Positions 9,251 through 21,388 of a DNA stretch of 64,000 nt are shown one piece after another. Below the pieces are notes generated by a model. It had not been told where the DNA came from. It saw only the letters and a program-made list of their open reading frames with translations, and did no database searches. The stretch lies in the NCBI GenBank assembly GCA_964615975.1, contig CAZTTH010000015.1, positions 4,265 to 68,264 of the forward strand, given 5' to 3'. The stretch comes from an uncultured Lentisphaerales bacterium (GTDB lineage: Bacteria; Verrucomicrobiota; Lentisphaeria; JABSQK01; JAJFLO01). Both the position numbers and the translations under genes were made by a program. Within the stretch, counting starts at the first letter, position 1. Every line of letters begins with the position of its first letter.

Positions 9251-11158
9251 TTATGGTCTTTGCGATTCACTTGGCAATCGTTCTTCAGATAATCGATCGG
9301 ATAAACCCGAAGAGCGAATGGTGCGGTTCTCTAGGGCTTGTTTAAAGGCCATTTCGTTGGTATAAATCGTCAGGTGATTGCGGGCGCGGGTGATACCGGT
9401 GTAGAGCAATTCACGGGTAAGAATCTGATTTTGACCATCTGGAATGAGAAAATGGATGGAGGAGTATTCTGATCCTTGTGCCTTGTTGACCGTGAGTGCA
9501 TAACAGGTATCATGTTCCGGCAAGTGCGCCAATTGATAGCGTCGCCAGGACGGATCGGAGGGAGCAAAGAAGGCATATAATTGTTGGTCGCTCGCTTCTC
9601 TTAGAACGATGCCGATATCGCCATTGAAGAGATGCGCGCGATAATCATTTCTGGTTATAATAAGCGGACGGCCTGGATACCATTTCCCGCGACCGGATAT
9701 TCTTTTATTTTCCTGGAGAAATTGTTCCATGGCGGTATTCAAGGCGGCCGTTCCATAAGGACCAACGCGAAATGGACTGAGAATCTTGCTGCGATTGAAG
9801 AGGCGGAAAACATCCTCCTTGTCAACAGCATTGAGATAGGCATCGATATCCGGTAGCAGTGCCTTAAACACCGCGAAAAATTCACCGGGCAAGGGTAATC
9901 GACAATAATGAATATCACTTTCCCGATCAGGAGTTGATTCACTGAGCAGGCGCCAGGCATTGTCGGCGTCTCCCGCTAAAACCAGTTGACTGAGCCGGGC
10001 GATACCGCCTGTCACCGGGAAACGATAAGACCGGGTTAAAAGTGTAAATCCATATCCACGCGCGGGCGGCATGGACTTCACATTGTCTGCCTGGCTGTCT
10101 GCCCCGGGAATGACCGGCAGGGGAGAAGCCAATTCCATTGGGGAGTCGGCGCCCGGATCATATCCCTGACATAAATCGGAAAATACCGCTCCTGGAGCGA
10201 CGGATGCCAATTGATCTTTGTCTCCCACCAGAATCAATCGCGCGGTCAATGGCAGAGCGGCCAATAGCTTATCCATGAGCAGGAGATCGATCATGGATGC
10301 TTCATCAACAATGATCAGGTCATAGGGCAGCAGGTTATCGCGGTGATGACGAAAGCGATTGTGGCGCGGATCAAATCCCAGCAGTTTATGCACGGTTATG
10401 GCTGCGGGGATCTGTCCAGGATTTATCTGCCTGGCTTCTGGCAGACTGGCGTCATAATGAGCTATAGCTTCCTGCAGGCGATGTGCGGCTTTACCGGTTA
10501 AGGCAGTTATTCCAATCCGCAATTTCGCAGGCGTAAACAGAGAATGGAAGAAATGCAATACTTTTGCGATGGTGGTGGTTTTGCCGGTCCCCGGTCCACC
10601 CGAGATCACACTGATGGGATAGTAAATGGCATTAATCGCGGCCCGCCATGGCGCCGGATCGACATCTGGTGAATGAGGAAAGCATTCAGCGACGCATTGG
10701 GTAAGATGCGCCGCTTCCGGCTGCAAGCCGGTAAATGGCTTCAAGATAGCTAATCTTTCCACCAGATTTTGCTCCATTCGCCAGTACCGATACAGGTATA
10801 GCCGCAGGCGCTGGTCCAGAATCAATGGTTTGAGCTCTCCCGGTTTGCCAATCATTTCGGGAAAATTCTGCAACCTGTCGCGCCAGGTCTGTGGAGTGGG
10901 CCAGTCTTTAGCCGTGATCGGTGGAATGGCGGGGTTTTCACCGGTCAGGCGCGAAGGATCCGTCTGCTGTAAATCCCAACAGGCATGCCCCTCATCTCGA
11001 CAGCGACTGACGAGAGCAGCGGCGGCATAGAGCCATTGACTCTCTGGATGGGGGTTATCGTTGACGATGAAAGTGGCGAAATAACGGTCCAGCGGAGCGA
11101 AACACACCGCATTCAAATTCAAGAGCAGCTCATGAGTGATGTGAGCTGAACATTTCAT
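9251..11158 (-). CDS. recD: exodeoxyribonuclease V alpha subunit (RecD, SF1 helicase)
   Basis: Walker A is ISGGPGTGKTTT and motif II is IIVDEASMID. The RecD-type N-terminus is (...LDRYFATF...EGHACWDL) and the C-terminal block is ALTVNKAQGSEY. Length 635 aa. Confidence 0.85.
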   Translation of the reverse strand: MKCSAHITHELLLNLNAVCFAPLDRYFATFIVNDNPHPESQWLYAAAALVSRCRDEGHACWDLQQTDPSRLTGENPAIPPITAKDWPTPQTWRDRLQNFPEMIGKPGELKPLILDQRLRLYLYRYWRMEQNLVERLAILKPFTGLQPEAAHLTQCVAECFPHSPDVDPAPWRAAINAIYYPISVISGGPGTGKTTTIAKVLHFFHSLFTPAKLRIGITALTGKAAHRLQEAIAHYDASLPEARQINPGQIPAAITVHKLLGFDPRHNRFRHHRDNLLPYDLIIVDEASMIDLLLMDKLLAALPLTARLILVGDKDQLASVAPGAVFSDLCQGYDPGADSPMELASPLPVIPGADSQADNVKSMPPARGYGFTLLTRSYRFPVTGGIARLSQLVLAGDADNAWRLLSESTPDRESDIHYCRLPLPGEFFAVFKALLPDIDAYLNAVDKEDVFRLFNRSKILSPFRVGPYGTAALNTAMEQFLQENKRISGRGKWYPGRPLIITRNDYRAHLFNGDIGIVLREASDQQLYAFFAPSDPSWRRYQLAHLPEHDTCYALTVNKAQGSEYSSIHFLIPDGQNQILTRELLYTGITRARNHLTIYTNEMAFKQALENRTIRSSGLSDRLSEERLPSESQRP

Positions 11159-11853
11159 TAATTGCGGCGGCCGCCAATCAGGCCGAATCTGACCAAATAA
11201 TAGAGTAACGTCAGAATCGCGGAGATGGCGGATGCCAGATAAGTCAGAAAAGCGGCATTCAGAACTTTGCCGGCAGATTCGGTTTCCTCAGCTGAAAGCA
11301 GTCCGATACCAGCCATGGCGCGCTTTGCCCGGGCGCTGGCATCCCATTCAACTGGCAATGTAACTAGCGAAAATACCACCGCCATTCCGCACATGGCAAT
11401 GCCAAGCAGGATGAAACCCGGCCTGGCCAGCATGGCTCCAATTAATATTACCCACACATACAACGTACTGCAGATATTGGTGGCGGGAACCAGCGCGGTC
11501 CGCAAATGCAGCGCCGCATATCCTTGCGCATGCTGAATGGCATGACCGGCTTCATGACAGGCAACGCCAATGGCGGATAATGAATTCTTGCCATAAACTT
11601 CATCGGACAACCGCAGCGTCCTAGACATAGGATCATAATGATCGGTCAGGGTTCCCCGGGTATGCTCGATCTGGACATCGCTGATTCCCAGGCGTTTGAG
11701 CATCATTGCGGCAGCTTCAGCGCCGGTGTACCCGCGGGACGAGCGAATCTGGGAATAGCGGGAAAAAGTTGAACGGGTTAAAAATGAAGCCCATAAGGCA
11801 AGTGCCAGGCCAGGCAGGGCAAATAAAATATAGAGTGGGTCAATACCGAACAT
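11158..11853 (-). CDS. membrane zinc metallopeptidase, YugP-like (Zn_peptidase_2 family)
   Basis: It has the HEAGHAIQH zinc motif and hydrophobic segments at both the N- and C-terminus. Length 231 aa. Its stop overlaps the recD start by 1 nt. Confidence 0.8.
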   Translation of the reverse strand: MFGIDPLYILFALPGLALALWASFLTRSTFSRYSQIRSSRGYTGAEAAAMMLKRLGISDVQIEHTRGTLTDHYDPMSRTLRLSDEVYGKNSLSAIGVACHEAGHAIQHAQGYAALHLRTALVPATNICSTLYVWVILIGAMLARPGFILLGIAMCGMAVVFSLVTLPVEWDASARAKRAMAGIGLLSAEETESAGKVLNAAFLTYLASAISAILTLLYYLVRFGLIGGRRN

Positions 11854-12122
11854 AGTGTTATCTCCTAAGAAATATCGTTATAAAATAGTTGTTGTTGCTG
11901 ATGTAATCGCCATTAATTTCCCTTAATGATAAATCGTTAATGATGGATTTCCATAAATTAATGTTATCGATTGTTTGATTTGGATGCTTGAAAGCATGGG
12001 GCGTGCCATAGAATTCCAAGAATTTTTACCGCTATTAAATATGGACAATGCGTTTCATCAATTCTGCCAGTTTGACACGGCAGGGGAAATGCCGCTTGTG
12101 CCATTTTGATCCGGGCTTGAAA

Positions 12123-12563
12123 TTAATCGGCGACGATCACTTCAAGCCACTGTCGTCCCCATTGGATGGCATCGGCATGTCTGGGGAAAAACAAATCGAT
12201 TTTTGTCGGACCGACGATCGCGCCGCCGGTATCATGCACCACTCCCCTGCCATAACCGGGGATGAACATCTGGGTGCCAAACGGATAGTAGGATTTATCA
12301 GCGGCAATCGTGCCACGTCGGGCACGTGTGCCGTCCGCGCAGATGCCGACAAATTTTCGTTTCCCTTTCTGCGGACCGGAAGCGTATACCGGGCGCCACA
12401 GCCAATTGCGTTTCCAGCTGCAACATTTTTGACACGGGCAATACGCCGTCACTTCCATCCTTATCTTCCGGCCATTGATGGGAACAAAGCGATGATAAAG
12501 TTTGTCGCATCCGACGATGGCGATTATGATTAACAAAAATTTTATCCACAATTTTTTTTTCAC
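12123..12563 (-). CDS. 3D-domain (MltA/RlpA-like double-psi beta-barrel) lipoprotein
   Basis: The lipobox is LLIIIAIVGC. The C-terminal block GTIAADKSYYPFGTQMFIPGYGRGVVHDTGGAIVGPTKIDLFF matches the 3D domain signature. Confidence 0.75.
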   Translation of the reverse strand: MKKKLWIKFLLIIIAIVGCDKLYHRFVPINGRKIRMEVTAYCPCQKCCSWKRNWLWRPVYASGPQKGKRKFVGICADGTRARRGTIAADKSYYPFGTQMFIPGYGRGVVHDTGGAIVGPTKIDLFFPRHADAIQWGRQWLEVIVAD

Positions 12564-12580
12564 CGTTTGAATCCTGAATT

Positions 12581-12891
12581 ATGAATGCCCAATCACAGTT
12601 GACCCGGATTGCCCATGCGTTCAGTGAATGTCGCTTGGAAGCAATATTGATCAATGATGCGGCAGCTGCCTAACAGGGGGGGGCCCGGTTACGACGCTGG
12701 ATTTTGATATTATGTGTTGAAAAAGACCTTGCATGAAATAAAACGATCCGAAAAATAAAAAATTAACCGCGTTGCGCCGGGAAGTTAATCGAGTTGAAAT
12801 TGAGCAAATTCACCATCTACTGGCACTGCCGATGAATCGACGCACCTACTTTCTTCGTGTCCGGCGGCCCGGTGGCGGTTCAAGCCTGTAA
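12581..12891 (+). pseudogene. decayed small ORF (possible nucleotidyltransferase-fold remnant)
   Basis: From ATG 12581 the frame reads MNAQSQLTRIAHAFSECRLEAILINDAAAA, then a TAA stop, then a G8 run at 12676-12683 that shifts the frame. In the shifted frame it reads GGGPVTTLDFDIMC-stop...LTALRREVNRVEIEQIHHLLALPMNRRTYFLRVRRPGGGSSL-stop. The text is protein-like but is broken by 3 stops and 1 frameshift. Confidence 0.3.
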
Positions 12892-12928
12892 TTCTGATTG
12901 CTGATCATAACATCTTGGGCATCAGGAC

Positions 12929-14203
12929 TTAAAGGTTAAAAAAATTCCTGAACAGCGATACCACATCGAGATGATTGCCGGTATCCTCTGCTTTTGCTTC
13001 GTGAGTAATTCCCCGCCGCAAGGTTATGATGGGATCATGAAGGATCTTGTTATTGATTTGATTGACCGAGTGTTCGATCAGTTCTTTTTCCGCGCATGTA
13101 AGCGCCGGCAGGCGATTAAATAATTTTTCCAACTCTTTCTGTTTGATTCCCGCCACCCGTTCCTGCAGGGAAATAATCAGGGATCCAACCTGAACGCCAT
13201 TGTACCGGTAAAACTCTTCGGCCTTTTGGGCCGCGATCTGCTCGCCCTTGACCATTTCCGCGCGCCGTTCACCCATATTGTTGTCTATCAGTTTCTGTAG
13301 ATCGTCGAGATTGTAGAGATATACTTCCGACAGGCGATTGATTGCGGGATCTACATTCCTGGGAACTCCCAAATCGATAATGAAGAGTGGGCGGCCCAAT
13401 CGTTGCCGCATGGTTTGTTGGATCATCACCTCCGTCAACAATCCCTTGCGGTTGCCAATCGAACAGATAATGATATCTACATCCGGCATGATCGCCACGA
13501 ACTTATCGAAATCGATGGCGATACCAGCATATTTATCTGCCAGAGTGTTGGCGCGTTCCAGGTTTCGATTCGCTATCCAGATGGTGCGAACCCCCGCCTG
13601 TGATAAATATTCGGCAGCCAGTTCCCCCATTTCCCCCGCCCCTATTAACAGGACCTTTTTATCCCTGAGATCGGCGAAGATATTTTGGGCTAGATGCACC
13701 GCGATGCTGCCCACCGATACCGGACCGCGGCCAATATTTGTTTCGCTGCGGATCGCCTTGGCGACATTCAGGGTTTGTTGATATATCGTTTGCAGATTCT
13801 GAGAGCCATAACCATGCAGGAAGGAAAATTCAAAGGCCTCTTTGACTTGCCCGAAAATCTGGGTTTCGCCGGGAACCATTGAATCAAGTCCCCCGGCCAC
13901 TCTGAATAAATGAATCAGGGCCTCCTTCCCATGATAATGGTAAAACAAGTCCTCGTATTGAGTGGCATCAACCGTGGAAGGAAGTGTGAAGAAATGCACT
14001 ATTGGGATTGGATTTTCCTGTTGTGGTGGTGCGTAAATCACTTCACTTCGATTGCAGGTGCTGAGCAGCACAATTTCTTTGGCCAATGGCGCCAATTGCT
14101 CTAAGCGCTGCAGGCGGTCGCCATCGAGAACCGAAAACCGTTCGCGAATCTCCAGCGGCGCGCTTTTGTGATTTAGACCTAATATGGATAGATTCGGCAT
14201 CAT
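12929..14203 (-). CDS. hemA: glutamyl-tRNA reductase
   Basis: MMPNLSILGLNHKSAPLEIRERFS...LSTCNRSEVIY carries the catalytic Cys. The NADPH site is GAGEMGELAA. The start at ATG 14203 forms an ATGA overlap with the stop of the upstream gene. The track ORF start at 14434 overlaps that gene. Confidence 0.9.
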   Translation of the reverse strand: MMPNLSILGLNHKSAPLEIRERFSVLDGDRLQRLEQLAPLAKEIVLLSTCNRSEVIYAPPQQENPIPIVHFFTLPSTVDATQYEDLFYHYHGKEALIHLFRVAGGLDSMVPGETQIFGQVKEAFEFSFLHGYGSQNLQTIYQQTLNVAKAIRSETNIGRGPVSVGSIAVHLAQNIFADLRDKKVLLIGAGEMGELAAEYLSQAGVRTIWIANRNLERANTLADKYAGIAIDFDKFVAIMPDVDIIICSIGNRKGLLTEVMIQQTMRQRLGRPLFIIDLGVPRNVDPAINRLSEVYLYNLDDLQKLIDNNMGERRAEMVKGEQIAAQKAEEFYRYNGVQVGSLIISLQERVAGIKQKELEKLFNRLPALTCAEKELIEHSVNQINNKILHDPIITLRRGITHEAKAEDTGNHLDVVSLFRNFFNL

Positions 14204-15057
14204 CGTCCCTCCATTTGGGAGTGCGGGAAGTGCATGGGAGGCGGATGAACCGCGGCAGTAAAGAACGAGTGGTTGGTCGTAAATAAAAATGAAATAAGCA
14301 CAAAAGCAAAGAGCAACACAATTCCACGTGCCAGTTGCCGGGCATGCAAACGTCCTGAGTGATGGCAAAAAAACAAGCTGGAAAACACCGCCCAATTGAT
14401 GATCGCCCAGATGATTTTGACATCCTGATACCAACTGTGCGGCAAAACCAATCCCGCATAGACAATCCCGATGATCAATCCGAGGGTAAAACAGGCAAAG
14501 CCGGCAGTGAATGCCGATTCCATAATGCGCTTGGAGATCGGCAATGCGGGAATACTGTCATCCATCGCCGCCAGTTGATGATGTTTCAAGGCCCGACTTT
14601 TTAATAAAAACAACCATGCCGCCGCGAACGAAAGACAAAGCAGTCCCAATCCGAGAAAAACCAAGGTAATATGAAATCCCGTTGTCAGTCCGGAAAACTC
14701 TGTAAACCGCTCATTGATCGGCGCCAGTGATAACCCCGACAATAAAACAAAGGTGGATGCGATCGGGATTAAAATCGAACCTAAAATGCGAATCCGGTAG
14801 TGGTATTCGGCTATAAAATAGACGCACATGATGACCCAGGCAAAAACGATGTAACGGGCGTTGCCAAACATCAGTGATGCCACACCGGTTTCAATGATCG
14901 CAATCGCGATGGTCAGAGTCATCGCTAAAAATGCAATGAAAGCGGTGAGTGTTCCCACCAAAAATAATTGTTGCGATTTCTTGATGGAAAAGAGTATGAA
15001 TGCCAACAGGCTGACCGAGACCAACGGAATCGAAGTATTAAGGAAAAACGCGGACAT
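14200..15057 (-). CDS. cytochrome c assembly family membrane protein (CcsA/HemX/YpjD-like)
   Basis: This is a 285-aa polytopic membrane protein with a Trp-rich segment, IIWAIINWAVF. It is translationally coupled to hemA. The family call is tentative. Confidence 0.55.
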   Translation of the reverse strand: MSAFFLNTSIPLVSVSLLAFILFSIKKSQQLFLVGTLTAFIAFLAMTLTIAIAIIETGVASLMFGNARYIVFAWVIMCVYFIAEYHYRIRILGSILIPIASTFVLLSGLSLAPINERFTEFSGLTTGFHITLVFLGLGLLCLSFAAAWLFLLKSRALKHHQLAAMDDSIPALPISKRIMESAFTAGFACFTLGLIIGIVYAGLVLPHSWYQDVKIIWAIINWAVFSSLFFCHHSGRLHARQLARGIVLLFAFVLISFLFTTNHSFFTAAVHPPPMHFPHSQMEGR

Positions 15058-15334
15058 GACCAGAACTGAATCATTTTATTTATAATTGAGATGAATACCG
15101 GATTGCCAATAACATAACGCAAGGTTATTTTGCCGAGGAATGCCCATGCCGCCATGGCATCTCTATGCATTTCAAACCCGCGTCTGCCATTATTGAATGC
15201 AATCACGGAAATCAGCTTATACATTAGCCCAATACCATGTCTGTTTACACCGAGGTTGAAGAAAGAGGATTTCGCACGGCATTCAGACGGCAGAAAATGT
15301 GAACAACTATTGTTAAAATACAAGGAGAAACACC

Positions 15335-15832
15335 ATGCTTAGCAATGCCATCGAAAAAGCCATCAATGAACAAATTAATAATGAATTTTATGCTTCCTAT
15401 TTATATCTTTCCATGGCATCATGGTGCGACCGCCAGAATCTTACTGGATTCGCGGGCTGGCTCATGCTGCAAAGCCGTGAGGAAACCGGTCATGGGATGA
15501 AGTTTTTCGAATTTCTCAATGATTGTGAAGGCACTGTCAAGCTCCTGACAATCAAGGCGCCGCCAGTTGAGTTCAAATCCATGTTGAATTTGTTCGAACA
15601 GGCTTTGGAACATGAAATGAAAGTCACAGAACGCATCAATCATCTCTATGATCTGGCGGTTAAGGAGAAGTCTTTCGCGGTGCAGACCTTTCTGCATTGG
15701 TTTCTCATGGAGCAAATCGAGGAGGAGAAATCAGCCCGATATGTGATTGGCAAACTGCAATTAATCGCCAATAATGCCGAAGCTTTATTAATGTTGGATC
15801 GGGAATTGGGAGAACGGAAAACCGCCGACTGA
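15335..15832 (+). CDS. ftn: non-heme ferritin
   Basis: MLSNAIEKAINEQINNEFYASYLYLSMASW...REETGHGMKFFEF...ALEHEMKVT carries the ferroxidase-centre E/H residues. Length 165 aa. Confidence 0.9.
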   Translation: MLSNAIEKAINEQINNEFYASYLYLSMASWCDRQNLTGFAGWLMLQSREETGHGMKFFEFLNDCEGTVKLLTIKAPPVEFKSMLNLFEQALEHEMKVTERINHLYDLAVKEKSFAVQTFLHWFLMEQIEEEKSARYVIGKLQLIANNAEALLMLDRELGERKTAD

Positions 15833-16033
15833 GCGCCGGACTGAGCTTGAGGCATAAAATTGGGCCCGACAGGAACTTCATGGTGATCCGGAATCGAAGC
15901 GGGTCATGGCCCTGCGGAAGCGATTGCCGGGCTGGGGCATGAATACAGCGTCGACAGATACTGCCTCCCCAATCACCATCAGGGTTCATTCAAAAAATAA
16001 AACTCTCTCATCACAAAGCGGAATATCCCTCTT

Positions 16034-16525
16034 ATGAACGCCCCGTCCATGCAACTGGCCACCCTGTGTTATGTGCGGCATCTGGGTAAAACCTTGATGC
16101 TGCACCGGAATGCTAAAAAAGATGATATTCATGTGGGCAAGTGGAATGGACTGGGGGGAAAATTCAATCCCGGGGAAACTCCTGAGGAATGTGTGATCCG
16201 TGAAGTCCATGAGGAATCTGGTCTGGTAATCACCAATCCCCAATGGCGCGGATTCCTTACCTTCCCGAAATTCAATCGCGGGGTGGACTGGTACGTCCAT
16301 GTGTATGTGGCCACGGAGTTTACCGGCGCATTGATTGCTTCACCCGAAGGTGATTTGTGTTGGGTGGACAATGACAAGGTAGGTGATCTCAATCTCTGGC
16401 CCGGAGATTATTTGTTTCTCCCCTGGCTGGCGCAAAATCGCCATTTTTCAGCCAAGTTTACCTATCAGGATGGAGTGCTGCTCGACCACCATGTGGTTTT
16501 TTATTCGTGTCGTCAGGATCAATAG
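16034..16525 (+). CDS. NUDIX hydrolase (MutT-like)
   Basis: The Nudix box is GKWNGLGGKFNPGETPEECVIREVHEESGL. Confidence 0.85.
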   Translation: MNAPSMQLATLCYVRHLGKTLMLHRNAKKDDIHVGKWNGLGGKFNPGETPEECVIREVHEESGLVITNPQWRGFLTFPKFNRGVDWYVHVYVATEFTGALIASPEGDLCWVDNDKVGDLNLWPGDYLFLPWLAQNRHFSAKFTYQDGVLLDHHVVFYSCRQDQ

Positions 16526-16530
16526 ACAAA

Positions 16531-16615
<85 letters not shown>

Positions 16616-16650
16616 ACAATTAATTTTACCAAAACATCGCATCCGTGATC

Positions 16651-17583
16651 TTAACCGGGTTGGGTTTCCAACCATCGTTCAGCGTCGATTGCCGCCTGGC
16701 AGCCCATCCCTGCCGCGGTTACTGCCTGACGATAAACCCGATCAACGCAATCTCCCGCCGCGAAGACTCCGGCGATTTTGGTTCTGGTACTGCGCGCCTG
16801 GGTGATAATATAGCCGTCCGCATCCATGTCGATCAATCCTTTGAAGGGAGCGGTATTGGGGATATGGCCGATGGCGACAAAGACCGCGCCGCATTCGATG
16901 GTGCGCGTGGTTTCTGATTGGCTGTCACGGACCACCAACCCGGTTACTTTATCTTTTGCCGGATCCAAAATCTCCACCGGTATGCTGTTCCACGCGACTT
17001 CAATCTTATCATGCTCAAGCACCCGATTGGCCATGATTTTCGAAGCGCGAAACTGATCACGGCGATGAACGACGATCACTTTGGATGCGTAACGGGTTAA
17101 AAATAATGCTTCTTCCATGGCGGAATCACCGCCGCCAATCACCGCAATCGGCACGCCGCGAAAGAAAGCGCCATCACAGGTTGCGCACGACGAAACTCCG
17201 CGGTTTTTCAACTTGGTTTCCGATTCAATACCCAGCCACCGCGGATCCGCGCCGGTGGCGATGATCAACGCCTGAGTTTCAATCGTTTCACCATTATCCA
17301 ATTCAAGGACTTGAGGACCGCCATCCCGGCATTGTGCCGCTGTTACCTGAGCCGATTTGATGCGGCAGTCAAAGCGTTCAGCTTGAGCCCGCATTGCCTC
17401 CATCAAATCAAATCCCAACACCCCCTTGGCAAATCCCGGATAGTTTTCGACCTCACTGGTTTGAGTTAATTGTCCCCCCGGCAACGGGCCGGCAATGACC
17501 AAAGGGTTCAATACTGCTCGCGCGGCATAGATCGCGGCCGTATAACCCGCGGCGCCGGCGCCGATAATGGTAACTTTTTCCAT
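16651..17583 (-). CDS. trxB: thioredoxin-disulfide reductase
   Basis: MEKVTIIGAGAAGYTAAIYAAR carries the FAD site. The redox-active motif is CATCDG and the NADPH site is GGGDSAMEEA. The start is ATG 17583, preceded by GGGAGGA. Confidence 0.92.
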   Translation of the reverse strand: MEKVTIIGAGAAGYTAAIYAARAVLNPLVIAGPLPGGQLTQTSEVENYPGFAKGVLGFDLMEAMRAQAERFDCRIKSAQVTAAQCRDGGPQVLELDNGETIETQALIIATGADPRWLGIESETKLKNRGVSSCATCDGAFFRGVPIAVIGGGDSAMEEALFLTRYASKVIVVHRRDQFRASKIMANRVLEHDKIEVAWNSIPVEILDPAKDKVTGLVVRDSQSETTRTIECGAVFVAIGHIPNTAPFKGLIDMDADGYIITQARSTRTKIAGVFAAGDCVDRVYRQAVTAAGMGCQAAIDAERWLETQPG

Positions 17584-17874
17584 CTGAAATCCTCCCAAAA
17601 TAATACCCAAACTAAAATGCGATGAACCGAGGGTGAATGTCAATCTCCGATTTTTTGCCAAAGGGGTAAAAATTGCTGTCTTCTGTCTGATTTACAACCC
17701 CCAACTGAACAATAATCCCATGAAAATATGTTTAACTCTATTGACTATCTTCGGAAATCATTTCACAATAACGCCCTGAAGACTTAATATACCAACTAGG
17801 TACCGCTAGGTATCCTTAAACCACAAAATACCACAATCGAATATCAACTATGAAATTAGCAAGCAAGGTGAGCT

Positions 17875-18636
17875 ATGTCAGGTCATAATAAATGGTCAAC
17901 GATCAAACATAAAAAGGCTGCCACTGACGCCAAGAAAGGCAAGGCATTTTCCCGCATCAGCAAGGAATTAATGATCGCAGCGAAAATCGGGGGGAAAGAT
18001 CCCGACGCGAATCCGCGGCTGCGCAGTGCCTTGTCTTCCGCCCGCGCCGTCAATATGCCCAATGACAATGTGGAGCGGGCGATTAAAAAAGGATGTGGCG
18101 AACTGGCGGGACAGATTATGGAAGAACTGAATTATGAAGGCTATGCACCAGGAGGTGTGGCCGTCATGGTGGATTGTTTATCTGATAATCGCAATCGTAC
18201 CGCCGCTGACATCCGCAATATCTTCACCAAGGCCAATGCCTCCTTGGCCAACACGGGATCGGTATCCCGGTTATTCACCCGCAAAACCCGGTTTGTCGTG
18301 CAAAAAGACGATTTAACCGAAGAAAAACTGATGGAGTTATGTTTCGATGGTGGAGTGGATGTCGAAGAAATCAATGTTGTGGATGGGGAGGGTGAAATCA
18401 TCGCGACCCCGGAATCCTTTAATCAATTGTTGATGGTGTTGGAAAAGGCTGAAATCACCCCGAAGGAATCAAGTCTTGTCCGTATCGCCGCCACCGAGAT
18501 CCCGGTAACCGATCTTGTCACCGCCCGTCAGATCCTGCGGCTGATTGACCACTTGGAAGAATATGATGATGTTCAAAGCGTCTATTCCAATAGTAAAATT
18601 GATGACGCATTGCTCGAGGCTTTAAGCAACGAATGA
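17875..18636 (+). CDS. yebC: YebC/PmpR family DNA-binding transcriptional regulator
   Basis: MSGHNKWSTIKHKKAATDAKKGKAFSRISKE is the family-defining N-terminus. Confidence 0.92.
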   Translation: MSGHNKWSTIKHKKAATDAKKGKAFSRISKELMIAAKIGGKDPDANPRLRSALSSARAVNMPNDNVERAIKKGCGELAGQIMEELNYEGYAPGGVAVMVDCLSDNRNRTAADIRNIFTKANASLANTGSVSRLFTRKTRFVVQKDDLTEEKLMELCFDGGVDVEEINVVDGEGEIIATPESFNQLLMVLEKAEITPKESSLVRIAATEIPVTDLVTARQILRLIDHLEEYDDVQSVYSNSKIDDALLEALSNE

Positions 18637-19136
18637 TTGTCATTGGCATTGACCCGGCATTGCGGACTACCGGATATGGAGTTATTGAGATTTCCGGCAA
18701 ACGGTTTCATGTCCGCGATTGCGGGGTCATTGGCAATGATCGCAAAGCCCCGATCAGTGAGTGCCTGCGGCGGCTGTCAGGCGGTATCGTTGAACTGATC
18801 AAAGCCTACAATCCCGGGGTAGCGGCGATCGAAGGGGGATTTTATTTTAAGAATGCAAAAACAGCGATGGTGCTGGGGATGACCAGGGGGACGGTTGTGA
18901 GCGTATTTGCCGGCACCCATATTCCCGTCTACGAATATGCTCCACGGCGAGCCAAACAAACCGTTGTCGGTTATGGCAACGCGACCAAGGAACAGGTCGC
19001 CCTTTGTCTGGTACAGCTATTGGGTTTGAAAATTGATGATATCCCCACTGATTCCACTGACGCCATCGCGATTGCCATGTGTCACGCCTTAACCATCCAA
19101 AGCGGCAATGGCATTTATACGCCAAAACCACTGTGA
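18633..19136 (+). CDS. ruvC: crossover junction endodeoxyribonuclease RuvC
   Basis: MIVIGIDPALRTTGYGVIE... is followed by the C-terminal DSTDAIAIAMCHA. It overlaps yebC by 4 nt. Confidence 0.9.
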   Translation: MIVIGIDPALRTTGYGVIEISGKRFHVRDCGVIGNDRKAPISECLRRLSGGIVELIKAYNPGVAAIEGGFYFKNAKTAMVLGMTRGTVVSVFAGTHIPVYEYAPRRAKQTVVGYGNATKEQVALCLVQLLGLKIDDIPTDSTDAIAIAMCHALTIQSGNGIYTPKPL

Positions 19137-19192
19137 GCATCTGGATCCGGTGCTTTCGCGTGTAAGCATAAATTTGTGGTCAACAGTCATGA

Positions 19193-21169
<1,977 letters not shown>

Positions 21170-21388
21170 CGATATTTTTTATTGTCACCCATTTGGGTTG
21201 CCCATTCATGCGTCGGAAAAATGGGTAAAATTAGCGCGTTCACTTTAGGTTGAAGTTAATTGAGTATACCTTTACCCATGAATTCCCAAGAAGAACTTTG
21301 TTAGTTTTGACCACCGTTCCATTTTGGTGTTTGGGTTATAAACTTTTGACATCTTTCCCGGCATCGACTCCTTGAAGTCCATGATTTT

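Noticed and set aside
12868-12891. T-loop-like GGTTCAAGCC suggesting a tRNA
   Set aside because: The flanking sequence does not form the T-stem, acceptor or anticodon arms.
15058-15334. Possible Fur/iron operator upstream of ferritin (ATTATTGAATGCAATCA; AATAAC...GTTATT)
   Set aside because: There are only short, imperfect matches and 6-bp inverted repeats, which is not distinguishable from chance in AT-rich intergenic DNA.
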